Made by a program: the position numbers and the translations under genes. The notes below the pieces were generated by a model. That model was not told where the DNA came from and made no database searches. It was given only the letters and a program-made list of their open reading frames with translations. A DNA stretch of 61,871 nt, filler included, from Hausera hauseri (Eukaryota): the NCBI GenBank assembly GCA_046269625.1. It is 11 parts of 11 records of this genome, joined end to end, with 100 filler letters (N's around TTAATTAATTAA, not from the genome) between each part and the next. Parts side by side here need not be neighbours in the genome. Positions count along the whole stretch, not along the records: positions 51,644 to 55,988 come from JBJURY010624886.1; positions 56,089 to 61,871 come from JBJURY010190416.1; 9 more parts are not named here. One strand, 5' to 3'. This document shows positions 53,038-61,871 of this stretch, piece after piece (the first letter of the stretch is position 1; every line of letters begins with the position of its first letter).

Positions 53038-53239
53038 GGGGTGGGAATAGTGAAACCCCGTCTGCCCCAGAAATTCCTTTGTTCAAAATTTTTTCCTTAC
53101 CCCCGATGACGTGCCCTCGTCTCATTTTTTCCTTACCCCGATGACGTGTTCTCCTCTCATTTTTTCCTTCCCCCGATGACGTGTTCTCTTTCCTTCCTTC
53201 CCGGGGTGTGTTGGGACCATGCACTCCTTTCTACCTACT
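53038..53239 (-). repeat. Orphan Polinton-like terminus with three ~36-bp internal repeats containing TGACGT
   Basis: Ends CTACCTACT (AGTAGGTAG on minus, as at 33842); CCCCGATGACGTG x3. Confidence 0.55.
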
Positions 53240-54325
53240 ATGAGACTATTTCGAAATTTTTCCGTATGTTCAAAAGCACATGGAACATGTTCATCGCAAA
53301 AAACACATTGTTGGAAGACTCATTTGCCAATCTAGTCATATCAGAATAAATGTACAAATCAAACAACCATATAAAGAGCATAATATATTCAATAGACACG
53401 TTGCATCTGCTATTAAAATATATTTGCAATGTATCGGATAAATGAGTCTGACGAACACACAATCCAACCAATTGGGGAAGAAAAAAATCAACAGCCAAAT
53501 TATCATGAGAACTTATTAATTAAAAACAATCGGACGACATAACCATTGCACCTTGATAAATATTGGATAGGTAAATCCATATCAAAAATAGATGACTCAA
53601 ATATACGAAGACCTTTGTGTTTTTCGGCGCTTTTATTGTGATGACTTTCGTATTGAACTTTATTGGTCTAGGTACAAAATGTAATGGCCTAAAATACTGT
53701 AAGAGTGAATAGTTTCTTGTAAAGCAGTTTGAAATAACAACAAAATGGTTCAGTATTTTTTTAACAAAACTTGTTTATTTTTATTTTCAAAACAAATTAC
53801 AAATCTTGCAGCATAAATCATACAATATAAGTCCGTGAATCCGGCATGGACTAATATCGTGGACGTTGATCTGATAAATAAAAAAAATATAACAATGGTT
53901 AGGGTCAGAGATTCTGCGTTTCGTACAATTTCACCAATAAGAGAAACAAGAACCCGTTTGGAAATGCAGATTATAAAGCATAACGCAATGCAGACCAAAT
54001 TACATTAAAAATGAGTATAAATTAGATTGTCTTAAATCAGGCTCTGGTCATTTTGATAACGGAATATTTACAAAATACACACATACACATAGAGAAAAGG
54101 TATGTACAACAATCAAATATTTGTCGTAATAATGATAAATCTAGTCAGTGTTAGGCGGGATGTATAATGAATAGTGTCACGGCTGGAACTCCTCATCGTT
54201 ACGTACTGTATTCTGTTGTTTACGTCGGTCATCAATTGTGCTAAAATCGATTCAAGTGATTGGACTGTTGTTTCATTGAAACGTATTTTACGGTCTGTTC
54301 TGTTTTCAGATGAAATTTAGGTTGA

Positions 54326-55700
54326 TTAGACGTGCATGTTTTTTGGAGTTATTTGAGAATTTTGATTCGTGGGGTTTTCAGACCTCCTTGGCGACATTTG
54401 AGTGTGTTCGACATTCGTTGTAAACTGAGATGACGATTGAAATTCTCTGTAGCGTCGTCGATGAACACGGTATCTGTCAAATATAACAACACATATGATG
54501 ATGATGACAATCAGCGGTCCAATGGCTTCACTGACTTTCAACGGTCGATAACGATCACAGAAGGGACCGTCGTAGTCTCTGATGCATTTGCAATGTGGAA
54601 TACATCCATCCCCGGTTCATGAGTCAAAATGCACGTGCCATATTTGCAGTCCATTTCCTTGGGCACTGACTCATTTCAATGATAAAAATAACTCTGGTGA
54701 AGACATTTCGTTCTTTTTCTTTATAATCTGGTTAAATGGCAAATAAATGAATCTGATTGAAATAGAATTTATAAATAAATCTACTAATGAGATGCAAATC
54801 GTCGCTGACAATGTTTCATTTTATATCGTACAAGGTCGTTTCTTTATTTATATCTTCCATATTCGCGGCTTGAACTCTTACAAAGAAGAATCGGAAGATC
54901 GGGCCCGACTATGGATCCGACGCGACGGCAACGGACGCCCGGCCGTGCCCGACCATATGGGCCAAAGGGCACTGGGCGCTGTGGGCACCACATCTCGCCT
55001 CCGTGGCAAAGTGAAAAGTATGATGATCAAAACAGACGGAAAGAAAAATTCGCTAAACGAAAAGTGTCTGTGTCAGTTGGTTTTAGTGTGAACAAGACGT
55101 TGTGTTCCTTCTGCTGATTTTTCCCTGCTATACTTGCTGAATGTGACTCTGCGTGTTTTGTTTTTATGCTGTGTGGTTGTTTGCAGAGGTTGAAGTTGGT
55201 GAAAAAATTGTTGGATTTTGTTGTTAGTGTTGTGTCGTGCAAAGATGAGTCAGAATAAGGAGAGGAAGAAGGTGAAGGAGGAAGAGTGATTGTCGAAGAC
55301 GGATGTTTAAAGGTATTCAGGAGAGTGTTAGAAGACGAAGGAACGATAAAAGATGTAGTGGCGGATGAAGAAAGAGAGATGAATTATGGAGTAGATGTTG
55401 GAATTTTATAAGGCGAACGAGTGGAAGTGGAAGATGAAACAGAGGTAGTGGTAGAGAGAGGAAAAGAGATGGGAATAAAAGTAGAGAGAAAAGGAAGTTG
55501 CAAAGCGGAAATAAAAGGGGTAAAATACGATGTGTAAGGAGAAAGGAAGAAAGAAAGCTCCGAAGATGAGGAACGTGTGAAAGGAAAGATAGAGAGAGAA
55601 AGAAAAAACGACGAAGAGGAACAAAACGGACGAGAGGGAGGAGATGGAGAAAGCGAAAGCAAGTAGTTGGAAGGTGGTATGCAGGAGGCTGGAATGATGA
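54326..55700 (-). pseudogene. Mucin-like S/T/P stalk + EGF-like domain + TM membrane protein, frameshifted
   Basis: Reconstructed across two frameshifts: CPKEMDCKYGTCILTHEPG..PHCKCIRDYDGPFCD, then AIGPLIVIIIICVVIF and RYRVHRRRYR; S/T/P-rich minus-strand frames at 55200-55660. Confidence 0.55.
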
Positions 55701-56088
55701 AAGGGGTGGATGGAGAGATTGGTAAAGTCGAAGTGTGTTTGATGGAGAAAGTGTTGTAAGAGGAGTTTAGTTGTCTTAAGTTTCATGCAGGACTTGCATA
55801 TGATCCACCACATAAAAGCAATAAAACAAAAAAATTGAAGATAACTAGAAAACACGTCGTACTGTTCACAACGTTTATTTTTACCAAAATTATTGTTCGA
55901 CGAATCGACCGAGTTGTAAGACTCGTCCGTCGAAGAGAGGACCGGATCGTTCCTCTTGGTACTGCTTGGTCGATTCGGAGCTTCGTCCNNNNNNNNNNNN
56001 NNNNNNNNNNNNNNNNNNNNNNNNNNNNNNNNTTAATTAATTAANNNNNNNNNNNNNNNNNNNNNNNNNNNNNNNNNNNNNNNNNNNN

Positions 56089-56625
56089 CATGTCAAGAAT
56101 ATCACAACAGTTTTCAACAAGCCAAAGCAAAATTTCAAACAGCTAAATTGCAAGCTACAAGAAAGGCTAGGCAATTAAAAAACAGAATCTCTAAACCTGG
56201 AAAGAGATGGAAGAAAACTGTGGAAGTTAGTCAAACAATTAAACGATGAGGGCACTGCAAGAGGAACTGAAATCACATTACAGCAGAACAATACCATTCT
56301 TATTGGTAAGCAAGCAGCAAATGACCTTGCTCACATGTTTGAACAGGACTGCAAAATCACTATGACGCTACAGAAACAAAATGAAGCTCGACGTAGTAAC
56401 CAGCAAGAAAGCTTTAATCATACTACATATAAAATTATGAACTTGCCTAGCACACGAAGTGAACTAGATTTGGCCATCTCAAAACTAAAACCTAGAAAGG
56501 CCCCAGGAGTAGATCGAGTGATCAATGAAATGATTACAAATCTAGGAGCAGCGACAATAGAAAAATTACTATTTATCTTTATCAACAGCAGGACAATAGG
56601 AAATGTACTACAGATTTGTCTCACT
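56089..56625 (+). mobile_element. Non-LTR (LINE) ORF2 fragment upstream of the RT core
   Basis: ELDLAISKLKPRKAPGVDRVINEMITNLG....KLLFIFIN. Confidence 0.85.
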
Positions 56626-56939
56626 GCATTTCAGTCTATATAACTCGATTATCTCAAAGCAAAAACTGAGTTGCGTGTCTTTAATTATTTTTTTGAGTGC
56701 CTGACTTCAAACATCCTCTAATTTGTCCAAATTGTGAGTGTGTACATGGAAATATAAATGATCGTCTGTTTGACTGCCCAGCACTTGTTGACATCAGAAT
56801 TAATCTTCTTCTGAAACCAAACAGATAGAAAACATTATACGGGACAAAGAAACAGATGGGAAATGCTTACAGTTGTTATTATTTAGCATGGAACGACGCG
56901 GGAAGCCCTCGAGTAGCTGTAGACAATAACAACTGAACT

Positions 56940-57320
56940 TTTTTAGTTTAGTCGAAGGGTCAACATTTTCGCACACGGATATGTATCCATAAGTTCTCCG
57001 TTCTCCTCTATTCTGGAGGATCTCAGCTCAGTTCGCTTACTCAGCTGCACCAGCTAGGACCCTGTAGTTTGGGTAGATTTTTCATAGAATTTTTCCCGGA
57101 CAGCGTCCGTTAGGCCTACTCTTTTTCGATTTTCAACTGCCAAGGGACTTTTAACGTGGACGACAATGTATACGGACGTCCGATCTCACTACCCAGAGAT
57201 CAGGGGAATTTTTTACTAGAAGATCCAGGAGAAAAAATCCCAAGTGCCTCCACCGGGATTCGAACCCCGTACCTCTAGCTCTCAAGGAGTATGTCTTACC
57301 TGGAGACCACTGAGCCCCCC
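56940..57320 (-). mobile_element. Full-length tRNA-derived SINE with 12-bp TSD
   Basis: Head GGGGGGCTCAGTGGTCTCCAGGT..GGTTCGAATCC (A/B boxes); A-rich tail; AACAACTGAACT at 56928-56939 and 57321-57332. Confidence 0.92.
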
Positions 57321-58470
57321 AACAACTGAACTGCTATTGGGCATTCATTTTAGTTTTTTGTAGCAATGCTTTCAGTGCTTGGTCGTTGTCTGAGAATGAA
57401 AAGATTCTCTGGCGAACCCAATCATGTGCCTGTGTCAGGGAAAAGTTTGGAAACTAACTTCGCTTTCATCTATGCATCTTTAGATGTGAATATGTTCCGT
57501 ATATAATAGACGTCACTCTTCATTCCATTGTCTCAGATCATCTCTCTATCTATTGCTTTACAATTCTTATAAATAAACAAAAATCTGTTGACCTGGCCAA
57601 TCAAACAAAGTATAGTAACAAACCCACGAATGATAGATCAGCATTATGTATACCTACGCCCAGATATGGATGAAGCCAATATTGGCGGAAGAAGCATCTG
57701 TTAAAAAAATATGTTATCTCATGTATGATAATGTTACATATATATTTTTTAACTATTGTAAAAATAGTTATGATATAACCTGATGTTATGAACACAGGAA
57801 AATATGTTTGTCTAATATAATCCACAGATTGTCATAGAAAATATCGCTCACACAATTTGTTTTGACCTTTTAAATGTTTTTAAGCTTGAAGCACAACCAC
57901 AGCTAAGCCAATCAAAGATATGATAGTTAAATATTGAGAGAAAACTAAAACAAATTATGGAATTAACATACGGACCGACTACGACATATCTGCTGCAAAG
58001 ATAATGATGGTCGTTGAAAAGAAATTCCAGCCAGATAAAAGTAGCACTTGTTTGTTTTAATTTATCGGGAATTTCTCAGAAATAGAAGAAGAATAAAATT
58101 TATCTGGAACTTTACCACATTTTTGCAGTCGGATACAACTGTGTTATTATTCTGAAATAGAAAGAACACATGATTGGCTTTAGTAAAAACAAAATGTTTA
58201 TCCTTTTAGTCTTATAGTGTCCATTTTCTTGTTTCATATAGTTTATTACAAACATCAACACCATTTTTTATAATTTTAATAATTGCCTCACTTTTTAATT
58301 TAGCCGTGTCCGTTGAATATATTTAGAATTAATACATTTTAAAATAGCACAAATTCATGAAATGAAAAGTACCGATGGCTCGAAGTTAAACAAACACGTA
58401 TAAATGTGTGAACAGAGCACTCAGCTGACTGAAAGATGTAGACATATTGTGGGTTCAATGATTCCTCTTT

Positions 58471-58770
58471 GGGGCCGCGATGTTGTAGTGTTTAGTGTGC
58501 TCGTCTGCCGATGGTATGGTCGTGGGTTCAATCCCAGCTGCGGGCACTTGAATTTTTTTTATCAAAACGACTCCAGGCGCCTAGCCAGCCTCAAAAATTG
58601 GTATCGGAGAAATTCTCTCGGAAGGTAAAGACGGCCTGGCGTTATGCTGACAACATAACTCAATCATGTGCTGGTGGCAAGAAAAAAATCTGGACACTAG
58701 CTACACAATTTACTAAAGGCCTGCCTTGAGGCGTGCAATGTAAATTACTTGTACTTATTTGTATGTACAT
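58471..58770 (+). mobile_element. tRNA-derived SINE with Nin-like central domain
   Basis: B-box GGGTTCAATCCC; CAGCCTCAAAAATTGGTATCGG..GGTAAAGACGGCCTGGCGTTATGCTGAC resembles the recalled Nin domain. Confidence 0.65.
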
Positions 58771-59639
58771 TTTTATTGTGTTATTAACTGACTTTTATTT
58801 TGGACGCCATATATGAGGTTTTAATATATTATTATCTGTCTTTGAAGTGACTGATTGCATTTTATTTCTTTACATTGTTATCTTTTTTGTCAAAACAAGA
58901 TTACAACCAAAAAGAATTATGCATTTAAAACACAGAATATAACAAAACCATTGGTTTAAATGTGACAGTCGCATTGTCAAATTTATGAAAAAAAATAAGT
59001 CACGAAGAAATAAAGATGATTTTTTACAAATTGGACTCATCACTTACTCCTCCTACCCTAACCACAATTTTCCAATCTTGTTAGGTTCCATTCAATAGTT
59101 TATTGTTACAAAATTTCAAATGTTGCAATTTAATTGGGTGTACCTGTCTTTCAATAAAGGATCGTCTTCGATAAGCTTCTAGAATATTTGACGTGGGAGG
59201 TGTTAGTTCAATATGGTTACCTCAATGTGGCTACCCCTATGACGTCACAAGATTACCATATTGAAAGTTAGTATTAATACCCTCTCATTTGTTTCCAGTT
59301 GTCCAAAGTTTCAGGTTAAATAGTACGTCTTGTAGTGGAATTTTCATTTGTTCTTGAGGCATTGAGAGGTCCGTAGCTTGTTTTTGTGTAATTGGACAGA
59401 ATCGGAATACAGATACTTTGTTCGTGTTTTCATCGATTCTGGAAACGAGCTCAAGTCTTCATCAACAGTTTCTCAGATTACAGTAAGTATGATAAACTTT
59501 GAAAATGTTAATAGCATGTTAAACATGTTGTAAACTAATAATAATTCTACTTTCAAGTTAACTACTAGTTTGTATTAAAGAAGAGGTATTCAAACTGCTC
59601 ATATTTTGAAAGATAATACTAGCTGTGAATGATTTCACT

Positions 59640-59850
59640 CGTTTGTGACGATGCCAATATTGTGGGTTCGACTCCCAGCAGTTTCATTATTTGTTTTAAA
59701 AAAATGGCACCGCTACCCAGTCAGCTTTACAAAAATGGAATACGGATAAATTCTCTGCAAAAATTAAGTCCATATGACTTTATATTGACAATGTAACTAA
59801 AATATGTTTCGTAGATCAAGGGCAAAATACGGACACTAACTTTACCCACT
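59640..59850 (+). mobile_element. Older degenerate copy of the 58471 SINE family
   Basis: GGGTTCGACTCCCAGC; CAGCTTTACAAAAATGGAATACGGATAAATTCTCT; GGACACTA. Confidence 0.5.
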
Positions 59851-61871
59851 CCATATTCGATTTACGTTGTGAATGATTATTTTTATGAAGAAGTCACAAT
59901 TTGCTGTAAAGCGAAAGTAGAAAATTTAAGAATATTCTTTACTCAGTATCTTCGGTTGGTTATTTAATTATTTTAACTGTGTCAATTAATGTTGGTACTG
60001 GAGACTTTAAATGGCAATCTAATGAAACTATTTCACGGAGCAGTACTTGAAAACTTATGTTTAAAATTTATTACTATCTGAATAATCATTTCACTTCAGA
60101 CTCTATTCAACTCTACAATAATTTTGAGTTACAAGGGGAACGTTCTGAATAGGGAACTTTTGTTTTTCGCAGTCGCATCATCGACTGCCTCTGTTTATTA
60201 CCATTCTCAGACCACAGAAAATATTGAGCGGATAATACAGGAATATAAATTTTGTAAAAAAGGAAAGAACAATGAAACTAAAATAGCCCATACACACATA
60301 ACTAATATCTATGTTATAGCTTACGAGGAATATTTGTACATGATTCCTTTAAGTAACAACCTCGCTATGCGAAGCTTGTCTTAGGCTTTGAACAAATGGA
60401 AAACTGTTCATTAAGTACTTTCTTTACCAAAGGGCCCAATTCGCTTAATCCTAAGGGGAGTAGGCCTGTTCAAACTGCTAGAGAACGTTGTCCAATAATT
60501 TTATGCATCGAAGCACTACTGGCTTCGTGCAGTCAAAAAGCGGGCGCAGCGAAATACGATGATTTTCAACAACAACAGCAATTATAATTTTACAGAAAAA
60601 ATTAATTGTCTGAAGTCCAAGATTAACATAACAAGTACATTTCACTGATAACTCATAGCGCTAGTAAACATTCTAACGTCGAAAAGAAGTCGGTTTCAAG
60701 ACGCCCTTGCAAATAATCGAAGAACTATTAACAATGATCAAATGAAGTGTTAATTCAAATGATCAAAAGTAAAAGTTAATAATGATCAAAAGTAATTAAC
60801 ATATAATGTCCGCATTGTGGCAATGTTCAAAATTAACAACAATGATTAAAAATGAATGAGAGAAACAAATCAAACAGTATGCTATAACACAACAGCTTGC
60901 AAGCTGGACCACATGTTTCACATAAGCCAAAGCTTTACTGCATCTTAACTGGTCTTTGAAATCAAAGAAGCTATTCTTTTTAAAAATCATTCCAAGTTTT
61001 AAAAAAATAATGGTAGGCATTCAAAATACAGATAGAAAAGATGCAGGGATAAACCCAAAAAATGAGGTATGAAACAAATTTACAAAACTTTGGGTTATAA
61101 TTTGAAGGTTAGCGGCTCACCTAACATTCTGTGGCTGCAGGTGAGAACAGTTACCTCCTTACCTCAGCTTAAACTGCATTTATCAGACAAAGTGAGTCTG
61201 ATTCACCTCAGTGACTCTGCAGTTACAGGTTTACTGGTTCTGTTAATCTTAAATAGCATGAGGAAATTAAAAATGCAAATGAGAATAAAATATAAACGAT
61301 AAATTAATTGAAGTAAAATATTGTACAAACTCGTCTATAAATAAAAAGGAAAGATATACATAAAATAAGATAGAATAAACACAAGTATAATCACAAATGT
61401 TTAGTTCATTAAGTTATTTGTCCAAGTCCACATCTTCAGGATCGCTATCTGTTATTGTTGCTCAGTCGTCGGTAGGTCTGATTATCGTCATTTTCTTGGT
61501 ATCTCCACTGGTTTCTCAATTAATAGTTCTGTCTGTTGAAATTGATGGTCGTAGACTGGCTTTTAGTCTGTCCAGTATGGTTGTTTGGGAGTTTAATTCT
61601 GTTCTCGAGCATTCTTTTCTGTCTGGTATCAATATCTCTTTAATTTTTCCAAAGGTGTTTTCATATTCATCTTCCATCATCCAATTGTATATAGAATTTT
61701 CAGTGTTCTCTAGGATTGTTGCTTTAATAGACATCCATACTGCTTTATCTCGTCTTCTTAATAATAAAGCTAATAGAATATACGCCCTACTTTTAATGTG
61801 AATATCCACAATTGTTTGGCTAGAGCTAAGCATTAAGCAACGTTTTTCCACCTTTGATTCATAATTCACTT

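Noticed and set aside
57240-57320. tRNA gene
   Set aside because: It has A/B boxes but no good cloverleaf; it is the head of a SINE with body, tail and TSD.
61397-61869. Overlapping 134-aa (+) and 117-aa (-) ORFs at the window end
   Set aside because: No recognisable domain and truncated by the window edge. Possibly an element fragment, but unsupported.

Overview
This is AT-rich metazoan (invertebrate) genomic DNA. It consists of 11 contigs joined by artificial 100-nt linkers (N44-TTAATTAATTAA-N44), so adjacency across gaps cannot be trusted. Nearly all of it is decayed mobile DNA. The main signal is a group of unusual Ty3/gypsy retroelements, with four segments from two divergent families: 1-3130(-), 21918-29203(+), 29304-33328(+) and 46237-51543(+). 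In these, a chuvirus-like envelope glycoprotein sits UPSTREAM of pol, apparently within one polyprotein ordered: helical region, ubiquitin-like domain, AT-hook, internal signal peptide, glycoprotein, TM, cytoplasmic tail with PTAP/PSAP and LYPxxxL late-domain motifs, then PR-RT-RNaseH-IN. No canonical Gag is visible. A probable accessory cassette (small TM protein plus a splice-acceptor-led ORF with a catalytically dead DEDDh exonuclease-like domain) is linked to this group by motif homology. Polinton/Maverick parts are also present: pPolB, a penton-core-MCP-protease module, AGTAGG termini, and a 598-bp non-autonomous mini-element with a 6-bp TSD. The rest includes a Tc1 transposon, conventional gypsy remnants, a LINE fragment, tRNA-derived SINEs, MITEs, an intronless disrupted LNX-like PDZ gene, two exons of a host helical-repeat gene, an IAP-type RING exon and a decayed mucin-EGF-TM gene. 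All family assignments come from motif recognition by eye, not from database searches.
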